The notes: generated by a model from the letters alone, not told the origin. A stretch of DNA of 64,000 bases from Kiritimatiellia bacterium (GCA_045617985.1 JAZLJP010000145.1:1075-65074), one strand, 5' to 3'. Counted from the first letter of the stretch, positions 1-10,500 are shown. Numbers and translations are program-made.

Positions 1-365
1 GCGTTTCGTGCCATGGGGAAAAGCGTGCGCCCAAGGCGCCCGATCTGCGCCTCGGCAACTGGCGGAAGAACCGGCTCGGCCACGCGACGAGCTGGATGAA
101 CCTCGTTAACCGCACGGCGTATTTCGGATTGAACTGGCGCAATTTCGCCTTCATGGAACCGGCCTACACGGCGCCGGGCGAGTGGCTGGCGATTGCCGCG
201 CCCCTCCGGAAGATGCTTGACGCGGGCCATCACGGCGTGAAGCTCACGCCCGAGGAACGCGAGCGTCTGGTGATCTGGATGGATTCGAACGGCCAATATC
301 TCGGCCATTGCGACGACATCGAAAAGCAGCGCGACGGCAAATGCGTTCCGCCCGTGATGGAGTAG
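1..365 (+). CDS. 3' end of a gene entering from upstream; C-terminal ~120 aa of an uncharacterised protein. The first visible residues VSCHGEK could be the tail of a CxxCH haem-c motif.
   Basis: Frame 3 is open from nt 3 to TAG 363-365. ORF-track entry 96..365 is only an internal Met of that frame. Composition matches neighbouring genes. Confidence 0.6.
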   Translation, partial: VSCHGEKRAPKAPDLRLGNWRKNRLGHATSWMNLVNRTAYFGLNWRNFAFMEPAYTAPGEWLAIAAPLRKMLDAGHHGVKLTPEERERLVIWMDSNGQYLGHCDDIEKQRDGKCVPPVME

Positions 366-367
366 AC

Positions 368-3300
368 ATGTCGATTAAAAGCATATTCTTGTTTCTGTGC
401 GTTGGAGCGGCTCTTGCCGCCTCGGCGGTGACGCGGGCGTTTTCCATCACCTGCGTGGGCGATTCGATTACGGAAGGCGGAGCGTCGTTTACGACGTACC
501 GCATTCCGCTCGCCCGGCAGTGCGCCGCGAAGGGATGGCAGGTGACGTTCCGCGGGTCGCACGCAACCGAGGTTTCGGGCACGCGCCTCCGCCACGAGGG
601 CTACGGCGGCAACTCGGCCGAACAGGTGGCGGCGAAGTTCGTGGCGCATTTCGCAACGAATGTCGCCGACTTCGTCTTCATCCATTCGGGGCACAACCAT
701 TTCGTCGACGAAGGCCCGATTCCCGGCATCCTCGGGGCGTACCGCGCGATGGTCGATGCGGCGCGCGCGGCCAATCCGCGCGTGACGCTCCTCCTGGCGC
801 GGCCGATTACGTCCGGGAAGCTGCCGAAATACGCCTACCTGCCCGCGCTCGGCGAGGCCGTGGCGGCGCTCGCCGCGGAGCTCGATACGCCCGCCTCGCG
901 GGCGCTCGTCGTGGATGCGGCGGACGGGTTCGACTGGCACACGGATACGGTCGCCGACATGGTACACCCAAATGCCGCGGGCGCCGAGAAGATCGCGCGC
1001 AAGATCGTGGGCGCACTTGAGGCGTTCTTCGCGGCGAGGGAGGCCGTTTCCACGGTACCGAAGGGCCTTCTCGTCGAGGCCGAGTCGTTCGCAAATCCGA
1101 TGGGCTGGGTGAACGATACGCAATCGGTCGATCGGATGGGCTCGCCCTATCTGCTCGCGCACGGCCTCGGCGTGCCGGTTGCCGACGCAACGACGAGCGT
1201 TGCGATTCCCGCAGCGGGCGTGTGGCGCGTGTGGGTGAGAACGCGCGATTGGACGCCCGACTGGCGCGGCGAAAAGCCCGGCCGCTTCCGCGTGACGGTG
1301 AACGGCACGCCGCTCGCGCCCGTGTTCGGAACGGCGCCGGCCGACTGGGGCTGGGTGGATGGCGGCACGGTGACGCTGCCGGCCGCGGCGGTGGAACTGC
1401 GCCTCACCGACCTCACGGGCTTCGACGGCCGCTGCGACGCGCTCTATTTGACGCAAGATCTCGCGGCCCCCGCGCCGCCGGAAGATCCCGTAGCGCTTGC
1501 GCGCTGGCGTGCGGCCGCGCGCGGCGAAGGGGGCGTGCCCGAGGCGACCACGCGTGCGGACCTCGTGGTGGTGGGCGGCGGCATTGCGGGCACGTGCGCG
1601 GCGATTGCCGCGGCGGAGAGCGGCCTTTCCGTCGCGCTCGTGCAAGACCGTGCGATGCTCGGCGGCAACGCGAGCGGTGAAATCCGCGTGAAGACGCAGG
1701 GCGAGGTGCGCCACCCGATCGTGCAGGCGGTGGCGAACACGAAGGAGAACACGAACGCGCAGGCGCATGCGGATGACGCTAGGCGCATGGCCCTTGTGGG
1801 CGGCTACACGAACATCGCGGTGTTCACGCTCTGGCGCGCATACGGCGCGGTGACGAATGGTACGCGCGAGATCGTGGGCGTGGATGCGCGCGACGTGGTG
1901 ACGGGCGCGCGGCGGCGGTTCGTGGCGCCGCTCTATGTGGACGCGACGGGCGACGGGTGGCTCGGCTTCTGGGCGGGCGCCGCCTGGCGGATGGGCCGCG
2001 AGGCGAAGAGCGAGTACGACGAGTCGCTCGCGCAGACCCTTGCCGATACGAGCACGATGGGCAATAGCGCGATGTGGACGAGCCGCCTGGCGGAGGGGCC
2101 GCGGCCGTTTCCCGACGTACCGTGGGCGCTTCCGGTCAGCGGCTCGCGGAGCGCCACGAGCGGATCCTGGAAATGGGAGGCGGGCCTCGGCGTAGATGAG
2201 AACACGATCTGGGACGCCGAGACGCTGCGCGATCGCCTGCTGCGCGCCGTCTACGGGAGCTTCTGGCGGGCGAAGCAATCGAGCGCGCAGGCGAACCGCG
2301 AACTCGACTGGGTGCCGTACAACGCCGGCAAGCGCGAGTCGCGCCGGATCATCGGCGACTACGTGGTGCGGCAGGCGGATGTGGAGAAGGCCGTATGGTT
2401 CGAGGACGCGATCGGCACGTCCACGTGGTCCATCGACCTTCACTTCTACGAGGATGCCTCCGGCTTCATCGCCGGCACGAAACAGGTGAGCGTGCCGCGC
2501 TGGTACATGCCCTATCGCGCGCTCTGCTGCCGCGACGTGCCGAACCTCTTTCTTGCGGGGCGGTGCGCGAGCTTCACGCACGTGGCGATGGGGTCGAGCC
2601 GCGTGATGAACACGGGCGGGCAGATGGGCGTGGCGGTGGGCTACGCGGCGGGGCTCTGCCGGAAATACGGTTGCCGGCCGCGCGACATCTACCGCGACCC
2701 GGCGAAGACGGAAGAACTGCAGGCGCTCATCGGCGGTACATGGCCGCAGCGGCCCGATACCGGCCTTGCGGGCTATCGGGCGAGTCAGCTGCAGGAGGTG
2801 ATTGTGGATAATGTCGCCGCCCAGATCTCCGGCACTTGGACCGTGAGCGCGAGCGAAGGCGAGCGCTACGGCGCGAACTACCTCCACAACGGCAAGGCGG
2901 CGAATACGAGCACATGGGTGCGCTACACGGCCGCGTTGCCCGAAGAGGGCGTGTGGCGGCTCTTCCAGTATTGGAACGGCAATTCGAGCCGTTCGAGCGC
3001 CGTGCCGATCCAGGTGGTGACGCGCGAAGGCACGGTGACGGTGTATGACGACATGACGTCGCCCTCGGGCGGCTGGAAGCAGATCGGCGTGTGGCGCTTC
3101 GGGGCGAATCCGGCCGCGACGGTGCGCACGGAGGGGACGACCGGCTTTGTGATTGCGGACGCCTTCAGGTGGGTGCGCGTGGCGGGCGAGACGATCGTCG
3201 ACAATTCCGACCCCGAAGGCGTGGAGGTTTCGGGTGCGTGGGTGACGAGCGCGTACAACGCGAGCCGCTATGGCGCGAACTACCTGCATAGCGACAAGAA

Positions 3301-3991
3301 GGCGGCGGCGAACCTGTGGGTCAAGTATACGCCGAACCTGCCCACGCCCGGCGTCTATCAGGTGAAGGGAATCTGGAACTCGAGCGACGAACGGGCGAAG
3401 GGGGCCGTATATGAAATCACGCACGCGGACGGCGTGACGCGCGTGAAGGCGAACCAGACGGCGAACTCGGGCGTGTGGACGCTTCTCGGCGCGTGGCGCT
3501 TCGAGGCGGGGCGGAAGGGGAGCGTAAGGATCCTCACGGAAGGATCCGACGGCGAGTGGGTCATTGCCGACGCGGTGATGTTCTCGCCCCAGCCGGATCT
3601 CACGGATCTCGACGGCAACGGCCTTCCCGACGCGTGGGAGCGGGCGAACTTCCTCGTTCTCAACGGCGTCGATCCCGCTGCCGATCCCGATGGCGACGGT
3701 TATACGAACCGGGCCGAGTGGTGGGCGGGGAGCGACCCGAACGACGCCGCGAGCGTCTTCCGCATCGATTCGGCCGTTACCGATGCCGCGCGCCGCATCA
3801 CGCTTTCCTGGCCGAGCTGCGAGGGGCGCACCTACACGGTGTGGCGCTCCAGCCGCCTCGGCGATCCTTTCACGCTCTACCGCGACGGCATCGCGGCGAC
3901 GCCGCCTGAAAACGAAATCACCCTCCCCTCCGACGACGTCGATTCCGCCTTCTACCGCATCGGCGTATGCCCAAATCGCATAATTCCCTAA
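368..3991 (+). CDS. Secreted multidomain protein: SGNH/GDSL hydrolase, CBM-like module, FAD-dependent oxidoreductase-like domain, two golvesin-C-like binding repeats, TSP3-type Ca-binding repeats and a C-terminal beta-sandwich
   Basis: ATG 368 (2 nt after the upstream stop) gives the signal peptide MSIKSIFLFLCVGAALAASAVT. Motifs: GDSITEGG and DMVHPNAAG (SGNH blocks); DLVVVGGGIAGTCAAIAAAESG (dinucleotide fold); two modules containing RYGANYLH; DLDGNGLPDAWE and DPDGDGYTNRAEWWAGSDPND. The track start at 308 would add an Arg-rich non-signal N-terminus overlapping the upstream gene. Confidence 0.85.
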   Translation: MSIKSIFLFLCVGAALAASAVTRAFSITCVGDSITEGGASFTTYRIPLARQCAAKGWQVTFRGSHATEVSGTRLRHEGYGGNSAEQVAAKFVAHFATNVADFVFIHSGHNHFVDEGPIPGILGAYRAMVDAARAANPRVTLLLARPITSGKLPKYAYLPALGEAVAALAAELDTPASRALVVDAADGFDWHTDTVADMVHPNAAGAEKIARKIVGALEAFFAAREAVSTVPKGLLVEAESFANPMGWVNDTQSVDRMGSPYLLAHGLGVPVADATTSVAIPAAGVWRVWVRTRDWTPDWRGEKPGRFRVTVNGTPLAPVFGTAPADWGWVDGGTVTLPAAAVELRLTDLTGFDGRCDALYLTQDLAAPAPPEDPVALARWRAAARGEGGVPEATTRADLVVVGGGIAGTCAAIAAAESGLSVALVQDRAMLGGNASGEIRVKTQGEVRHPIVQAVANTKENTNAQAHADDARRMALVGGYTNIAVFTLWRAYGAVTNGTREIVGVDARDVVTGARRRFVAPLYVDATGDGWLGFWAGAAWRMGREAKSEYDESLAQTLADTSTMGNSAMWTSRLAEGPRPFPDVPWALPVSGSRSATSGSWKWEAGLGVDENTIWDAETLRDRLLRAVYGSFWRAKQSSAQANRELDWVPYNAGKRESRRIIGDYVVRQADVEKAVWFEDAIGTSTWSIDLHFYEDASGFIAGTKQVSVPRWYMPYRALCCRDVPNLFLAGRCASFTHVAMGSSRVMNTGGQMGVAVGYAAGLCRKYGCRPRDIYRDPAKTEELQALIGGTWPQRPDTGLAGYRASQLQEVIVDNVAAQISGTWTVSASEGERYGANYLHNGKAANTSTWVRYTAALPEEGVWRLFQYWNGNSSRSSAVPIQVVTREGTVTVYDDMTSPSGGWKQIGVWRFGANPAATVRTEGTTGFVIADAFRWVRVAGETIVDNSDPEGVEVSGAWVTSAYNASRYGANYLHSDKKAAANLWVKYTPNLPTPGVYQVKGIWNSSDERAKGAVYEITHADGVTRVKANQTANSGVWTLLGAWRFEAGRKGSVRILTEGSDGEWVIADAVMFSPQPDLTDLDGNGLPDAWERANFLVLNGVDPAADPDGDGYTNRAEWWAGSDPNDAASVFRIDSAVTDAARRITLSWPSCEGRTYTVWRSSRLGDPFTLYRDGIAATPPENEITLPSDDVDSAFYRIGVCPNRIIP

Positions 3992-3999
3992 CCCTTTAC

Positions 4000-4029
4000 T
4001 TGCGTTTACGGGGTAGGTTTTGATAGAAT
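4000..4029 (+). promoter_or_regulatory. Sigma-70-type promoter for lysC (TTGCGT-N18-TGaTAGAAT)
   Basis: -35 TTGCGT at 4000-4005; extended -10 TGaTAGAAT at 4021-4029; RBS AGGAAAGGA at 4051-4059 lies before ATG 4067. Confidence 0.6.
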
Positions 4030-4066
4030 ATGCAACTTGTTTTCCTCTTCAGGAAAGGATTTCGTG

Positions 4067-5431
4067 ATGAAAGTTTGTAAATTCGGCGGCAGCTCGCTTG
4101 CGGATGCGAAGCAGCTGACCAAGGTGATTGACATTGTGCTCGCGGATCCGCAGCGTCGTATCGTGGTGGTTTCGGCCCCCGGTAAGCGCAACAAGGCGGA
4201 TACGAAAGTGACCGACCTGCTCATCGAGCTGGCCGAGACGGCGCTTGCCAAGAAGGACACGAAGGCGCAGCTCGCCGCCGTGGTGGCCCGCTATGCTTCG
4301 ATTGCGAAGGATCTCGAGCTCGGTACGGACATCGTCGACGAAATCGAGCATGATCTCAAATCCCGTCTTGCAAGTTCCAAACGCGATCAGGGCGTGTTCA
4401 TGGATACGCTCAAGGCCGCCGGCGAGGATAACAGCGCGAAGCTTGCCGCCGTGGCGTTTTCCAGGCGCGGCGTGAAGGTGCGCTACGCGAGCCCCAAGGA
4501 TACCGGCATGGTACTCGAAGGCGAGAGCGGCAACGCCTGCCTTGTGGAGGAAAGCTATCGCAAGCTCGCGCGCGCGTTCGCCGACTTCGAAGGCATTGTG
4601 ATCTATCCCGGCTTCTTCGGCTATCGCAAGGATGGAACGGTGGCGACCTTCCCGCGGGGCGGCAGCGACATCACGGGGTCCATCCTCGCGGCCGCTGTGC
4701 GGGCGGACGTGTATGAGAACTTCACGGACGTCGACAACGTCTATCCCGTCGATCCGCGCATCGTTCCCGAAGTGAGCGAAGGCATCGACACGATGACCTA
4801 CCGCGAAATGCGCGAGCTCGCGTATGCGGGCTTCGGCGTGTTCAACGACGAAGCCGTGCGCCCGGCCGTGCAGGGCCGCATTCCGATCAACGTGCGCAAC
4901 ACGAACCGTCCTTCCGAGCCCGGCACGATGATCGTGCAGAGCCGCCGCGTGATCCCGGGCACCGTGACGGGCATTGCCGCGTCGGACGGGTTCTGCAACA
5001 TCATCATCGATAAATACTGCATGAACCGCGAGGTGGGCTTCACGCACCGCCTTCTCGACATCCTGCAGGACGAAGGCATTTCCTATGAACACCTGCCCTC
5101 GGGCATCGACTCGATCTCCGTGGTGATCCGCGGCGATCGCTTCACGAAGGCGGTGGAAAACCGCGTGGTGGCGCGCATCAAGCGCGAGCTTGCGCCCGAC
5201 TCCGTGTTGGTCACGCGCGACTACGCGGTTCTGATGGTGGTGGGCGAGGGCATGGCCTTTTCGGCCGGCATGCTCGCGAAGGCCACGAACGCGCTCGCTA
5301 CGCACGGCATCAACATCTCGATGGTCAACCAGGGCGCGAGCGAGTTCTCGTTCATGATCAGCATCAAGAGCGCGGATCGGATTCGCGCCGTGCGGGCCCT
5401 CTACGAAGCCTATTTTGGAGAGAAGAAATGA
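4067..5431 (+). CDS. lysC: Aspartate kinase
   Basis: MKVCKFGGSSLADAKQL...VVVSAPGK N-terminal kinase motifs and a C-terminal ACT-like region. ATG 4067 has a good RBS. The stop overlaps the next start (ATGA at 5428-5431). Confidence 0.93.
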   Translation: MKVCKFGGSSLADAKQLTKVIDIVLADPQRRIVVVSAPGKRNKADTKVTDLLIELAETALAKKDTKAQLAAVVARYASIAKDLELGTDIVDEIEHDLKSRLASSKRDQGVFMDTLKAAGEDNSAKLAAVAFSRRGVKVRYASPKDTGMVLEGESGNACLVEESYRKLARAFADFEGIVIYPGFFGYRKDGTVATFPRGGSDITGSILAAAVRADVYENFTDVDNVYPVDPRIVPEVSEGIDTMTYREMRELAYAGFGVFNDEAVRPAVQGRIPINVRNTNRPSEPGTMIVQSRRVIPGTVTGIAASDGFCNIIIDKYCMNREVGFTHRLLDILQDEGISYEHLPSGIDSISVVIRGDRFTKAVENRVVARIKRELAPDSVLVTRDYAVLMVVGEGMAFSAGMLAKATNALATHGINISMVNQGASEFSFMISIKSADRIRAVRALYEAYFGEKK

Positions 5432-6705
5432 ACTTTTGGAATCGTGAGGCGGAAACGATGAGCCGCGACCAGCTCGCGGACGTCCAGCTCAAGGGGCTCA
5501 AGAAGTCCCTTGCGCGCGTGTGGAAGAGCGAGTGGAGCCGCAAGCTCCTCCAGAGCCGCGGCTTCGGCGATCCCGAAGACGTGAAGAGCCTTGACGATCT
5601 GAAGCGCCTTCCGTTTCTCACCAAGGACGATTTCCGCGACGCCTACCCCCTCGAGATGAGCACGGTGCCGCGCACGGAGCTCCTTGAATTCCACCAGTCC
5701 TCCGGCTCCACCGGTACGCCCGTTGTGATGGCCTACACGAAGAACGACCTCAACCAGTGGGCGGACTGCATGGCGCGCTGCTACACGATGGCCGGGCTCG
5801 GGCCGGGCGACGCGTTCCAGATCATGCCCACTTTCGGCCTCTTCAACGGCGGCTTCGGCTGCTATCACGGCTGCCGCAAGGCGGGGCTCTTCTGCGTGCC
5901 GGCGTCGAGCGGCAACACGGAGCGCCAGATCAAGCTGATGCGCGACTTCCGCGTGAAGGGCTTCTGCTCGGTCGTCTCCTACGTGCCGCGGATCATCGAA
6001 AAGCTCGATGCGGAAGAGACGCTCGACCATGACATTCCGTCTTTGCGCGTGGGCATCTTCGGGAGCGAAACGTTCTCCGACGAAATGCGCAGGAAAATCG
6101 AGAAGCGCCTCCACATCGAGTGCTTCGACATCTACGGCATGACCGAGACGGGCGGCATCGGTACGACGGGCATGGACTGTTCGTGCCATTGCGGCCTCCA
6201 TGTGTGGGAAGACCAGTACATCACCGAAATCGTGGATCCCGTGACGGGCGCGCCCGTTCCGGACGGCGAATACGGCGAAATCGTCTTCACCTCCCTCACG
6301 CGCGAGGCGATGCCGATCATCCGCTATCGCACGCACGACATTTCGCGCATCCTCTCGCGCGAGAAGTGCGGCTGCGGGCGCACCTCGCTCCGCATCGATC
6401 GCATCACCGGCCGTACGGACGACATGCTCATCGTCAAGGGCGTCAACTTCTATCCGCGCCAGGTCGAACAGGCGCTCATGGAAATCCCGGGCGTGAAGGA
6501 CGAGTTCCAGATCGTCCTCATCGAACACAACGGCATGACCGATGTCACGGTGAACGTGGAAGCCGAACCGGGCGTGACCGGTCACACGGTCGCCAAGCAT
6601 CTCAAGGAGCGCCTGGGATTCCTGCCGAAGGGCGAAGTGTTCCCCGTCGGCGCTTTGCCCCGCAGCGAAGGCAAGGCCAAGCGCGTCATCCGCCAGACGG
6701 TTTAA
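5428..6705 (+). CDS. paaK: Phenylacetate-CoA ligase family adenylate-forming enzyme (PaaK / F390-synthetase-like)
   Basis: The N-terminus MNFWNREAETMSRDQLADVQLKGLKKSL is typical of PaaK. It also has the SSGSTGTPVV AMP-binding motif and AYTKNDLNQWADCMARCY. Translationally coupled to lysC. Confidence 0.85.
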   Translation: MNFWNREAETMSRDQLADVQLKGLKKSLARVWKSEWSRKLLQSRGFGDPEDVKSLDDLKRLPFLTKDDFRDAYPLEMSTVPRTELLEFHQSSGSTGTPVVMAYTKNDLNQWADCMARCYTMAGLGPGDAFQIMPTFGLFNGGFGCYHGCRKAGLFCVPASSGNTERQIKLMRDFRVKGFCSVVSYVPRIIEKLDAEETLDHDIPSLRVGIFGSETFSDEMRRKIEKRLHIECFDIYGMTETGGIGTTGMDCSCHCGLHVWEDQYITEIVDPVTGAPVPDGEYGEIVFTSLTREAMPIIRYRTHDISRILSREKCGCGRTSLRIDRITGRTDDMLIVKGVNFYPRQVEQALMEIPGVKDEFQIVLIEHNGMTDVTVNVEAEPGVTGHTVAKHLKERLGFLPKGEVFPVGALPRSEGKAKRVIRQTV

Positions 6706-6711
6706 GTTCCC

Positions 6712-6749
6712 CGGCGTCATTTCTCCGCTCACGCTCCGAAATGACGCCG
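6712..6749. repeat. REP-like perfect hairpin (12-bp stem, 14-nt loop) immediately after the paaK stop
   Basis: cggcgtcatttc / tccgctcacgctcc / gaaatgacgccg. It closely resembles the reverse complement of the hairpin at 11623-11672; the loops match at 12 of 14 positions by eye. Confidence 0.7.
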
Positions 6750-6772
6750 CGAAACTTTATTCGGGGCGGAGA

Positions 6773-7548
6773 GTGGAACTCATGAAAAGGTGGAATGAGA
6801 TTCGTAGGGATGCTACCGCATTTGCGAAGCGGTGGAAATCCGCCTATGATGAGAAATCGCAGGCGCAGTCGTTCCTGAAGGAGTTCTTCGAGGTCTTCTG
6901 TGTCGATATTGTGCAGCAGGCCACGTTTGAACATCGGGTCAAATTCGCGGATGGCTCGCAGGGGTTCGTGGATATGTTTTGGCCGGGACAGATCCTCGTC
7001 GAAATGAAATCGAAGGGCAAGGATCTCGATGCGGCCTTCAGTCAGGCGATGGACTATGTTCGCGCCTTGCCCGCGAGCGGCGCGGCCGGAGTCCGCGCCC
7101 TACCGCGCGCCATCGTTGTTTCCGATTTCCAGACTTTCCGATTCTACGATCTCACGAAGGACAACGCGCTCACGTCGTTCAAGCTCTCCGACCTTCGCAA
7201 GTACGTGACGCTCTTCGGGTTCATGATCGGCGGCGAGGCCGATGACATCCGCGAGCAGGATCCCGTGAACCGCCGGGCCGCCGAGAAGATGGCCCGGCTG
7301 CACGATGCCTTGAAGGCGATCGGTTATCGGGGAAAGGAACTCGAAGTCTATCTCGTGCGGCTCCTCTTTTGTCTCTTCGCCGAGGATACCTCGATCTTCA
7401 AGCCCGACCAGTTCTCCAACTTCATCAGAAACTCGATGCCCTTGTCGACAAGGCCTACGGGCGAACCTTCGCGAACGACGCCGAGCGCGTGGCCCACCTC
7501 TTCAACCTCTATGCGCAGTGCGTGGCGGTGCAAAGGGATGCCGGCTAA
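6773..7548 (+). pseudogene. Internally deleted MmeI-family type IIL/IIG restriction-modification gene: N-terminal nuclease region joined out of frame to the last ~40 codons
   Basis: WNEIRRDATAFAKRWKSAYDEKSQAQSFLKEFFEVF...VDMFWPGQILVEMKSKGKDLD...ELEVYLVRLLFCLFAEDTSIF matches the MmeI N-terminal region as I remember it. Near nt 7428 the sequence jumps to KLDALVDKAYGRTFANDAERVAHLFNLYAQCVAVQRDAG* in another frame (stop TAA 7546-7548). The methyltransferase and TRD regions are missing. Confidence 0.8.
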
Positions 7549-10500
7549 ATGATTCCCGAACTTTCCACCATCCAAGTCAATGCCGTCTATGCCTGCGCTG
7601 CGTTTGTCGGAACAGCTGTTGTCGCATTTGGCCTTACGCGTGGAGTAAAATTCCTCTCTGGCGGTGCGAAGAAGAGCCTCGCGGCCGCGTCTCTCGTGGG
7701 GATGGTTCTCATCGGCAGTATGACGGTGACGAGTGTTCGAATCGCGGCCGCCAAGACTAACGACACGCAGCAAGTTGGAGGGGATCTTTCAAGTACAAAC
7801 GATGTCGGACAAATTGAAGGGGGAACGAACGGCATGTCCCAAGTGGGAGGGCCGCGCTCTGTCGCGGCCGGGAGCCAAATGGAAAATGTAAAATTGAAAA
7901 TGGAAAATGAGTGTGGGGAAACCAACATTTTACATTCTCCATTTTACATTTTACATTCGAACGCGGCCCTCCCGGAAAACGCAGTTACAGACGAAGACAT
8001 TGCCCATCGTTGGTACGTCGCTTCGGTGTCGTCCAATTCTCTTGACACATCCATCTTCGCATTTCCCTCGGCTGTAATCGAACAATCCCCTACTGTTTGG
8101 GAAGCCGCTCAACGGCGCGGAGCTGTTTACGGCGCGTGGAACATTCCCCTCAAAGGTTGGAATTTCCCATTTGATGACCATGGTTGGTCGAACGCTTTCA
8201 TGCGCTGTGAGGGCATTTTGCGTGATTCGTTCCGCGATGCATCGGATCAGATTCGCTTCCTTTCTCCGTTTGCGCTTTGCCCGGCGGCGAATTGGGCGCG
8301 CTATAATCTTTCAGCAAGTCGCGCTTGGTGTGCGACTAACGGACTCGGAGGTTTGACTGTTGCCGTTGAGAACGGCGCTCTTGGAAATGATTCTACCAAA
8401 CTTGCAAGTGCGCGCATTGATCTTGATCCATTGCTCGGCGAAATCCGGCTTCGTTATGATCTCTCACACATTGACGATACAACCTTTGATATTGGTCCGA
8501 CGGTGAACGGTACGAACACGTTCGTGATGGTTGGCTCGAATACGAGCGAAGTCGTGTTCCGTCGAGTCCATCCCAACGACTGGGATTACGATGGACTTGC
8601 GAACAGCCTCGATCCGAATCCGCGCGTGCCCGAGAACGGAGCGGGATGGAACCAAAGCGACATCTGGGGAAGTCTCGCCTATCCAAGCAATGCAACCGAA
8701 ATCTCTTCTCTTGGTTATCCCGCATGGGTTACAGGTCGGGCCGCCGATCCGAACCGCCGTCTTGTCAGTTTCACCGTTAACTCGCAACATGGGAACTGGC
8801 CCATCCGTTTGACAGTCGGCGATCTGCCTGTTTTATGCGATGGGAAAGAGAAATTGAAGTTCGCCATCGACTGCGGCGCGAAGTATGCGTTCTCGCTTTC
8901 AGAGGGCCAAATCCCTGAGATTGCTGTACTGACGACGAACGGCGTTGAACATGTGTACGGAGACCCCTATTTCGGCTATCCTGTGGAACGCTCAATTTGG
9001 GATGTGACGATCCATTGGGATTCGCCGCAGAGCGGATGGGTGGGGTGCAAGGCTTCTGTTGACATTAAACTCGATGGCCGTGATGTCTGCGACTTCGGCC
9101 ACGGCGATTCCGACGGCGGAATATTCGGGCACTTCCTGCCTGGTGCGCTGCACGTGTTGACGGGAGAAGTCCACCAGTGCCATTCGAACGCCTTCCTCGG
9201 TTGTACCTGGTCGGGAGGGCCGGGCTTCTCCTTTTCGAATCCGCATCGGCTGTCGACGGATGTCATGTGGATCGCTCCCGACGACACGTCCTGGGCGACG
9301 AACTTCATTTCGCTTGTCACATGGTACAAGGGCGGTTATTCGCTCACGAACACCATCATGGCGTGTGTTGGCCCGGAACATGTGCCGCCGCTTGGTTTTT
9401 CCTTGTCGTGCCAGGATGTCCTCTTCTTGAATGACGAACTCAGACCAGAAAGGATTTATGCGGTGACGGTTGGCCTAACGGCGACGAATGGCGTGGAGGG
9501 CCAGGTCACGTTGGAATGTGATGGAGCCGAATCGACATTGAGTTATTTTCATGATGTTTTCCTGCCCACTCAGGTTCAGGGCATCACCTTTCCATTGGGG
9601 GTTTCTTCCAACGATTGGTTTCACAGTAGCAAAACGGTGTTCATGTCGTGTTCCGCCATTGGAGATGGCGAACTCAGGGCATCGATTTCATTCACTAATG
9701 GGACGAGCTGTGCGACGTCCAAGGTGTTCAGGGTCATTGAACCGATTCGGAAGCTGGTGGATAATGAACGGTATAGCCCGGGGCATTACTACAATCCGTC
9801 ACGCTTGGTCTATGGCGATGTCGCCCATCTGCGCGTCGGCGTGAATGGCACTTTTAATCCCGGAGACGTCGATTGGCGCATCGTATCGGGGCCGGGAAGG
9901 CGCGTCACGTACAGCGGCTTCCTTGCAACCATCGAGGCGACGGCCGAAGAGGGCACGGTCGTCGTCGAGGCCCGCTTCAACGAAGATGAAATCCAGCCGA
10001 CATTCGTCTTGCCCATCGTGAAGCCTAGGGTGATCCCGGCTCGCGCGTTTGTTGCGCCACCACCAAGGGAGTTGAGGAAGAATGCGTGGAGAGAGAGTGA
10101 CATCCGCGCTCGTATCGATATGGCCAACGACATCTTTTCACAGGTTGGTATTTCTTTCAATCTGTTGTCTACTGAGTACAATTTTTGTTCCGAGACAAAT
10201 TGGAACATTCGGGCCATCACCACGCAGAGAGATGAAAATGGAGAATATTACAACGCTACGACCGATCAGTTGGATGCATTACTTGATCATTATCAGGGGG
10301 ATGATTGCATAGAATTGTATTTCCTCGGTGAATTTCGAGACAAGACGACACTTGGCATTCATCATGAAAAGGGGCTTGTGATATCTCGAAGAGCGGATGT
10401 CAATGCTCTTGCGCATGAACTTGGACATCAATTTGGACTAAAGGATTGTTATTCTTTTGTCGAACACGAAGATTCTGGAACGAATGCCTGGACGCTTTTG

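Noticed and set aside
308-367. The upstream start codon (308) given by the ORF track for the 1227-aa ORF
   Set aside because: It would overlap the preceding gene by 58 nt and prepend an Arg-rich segment before the signal peptide. ATG 368 gives a canonical signal peptide.
230-3424. 1064-aa minus-strand ORF antisense to the SGNH/FAD multidomain gene
   Set aside because: It is extremely Arg/His/Ala/Pro-rich with no recognisable motif. It lies opposite a + strand ORF with several clear domain signatures. This is a typical high-GC shadow ORF.
4049-6732. Minus-strand ORFs 4049..5305 and 5410..6732, opposite lysC and paaK
   Set aside because: They are antisense shadows of two confidently identified housekeeping genes.
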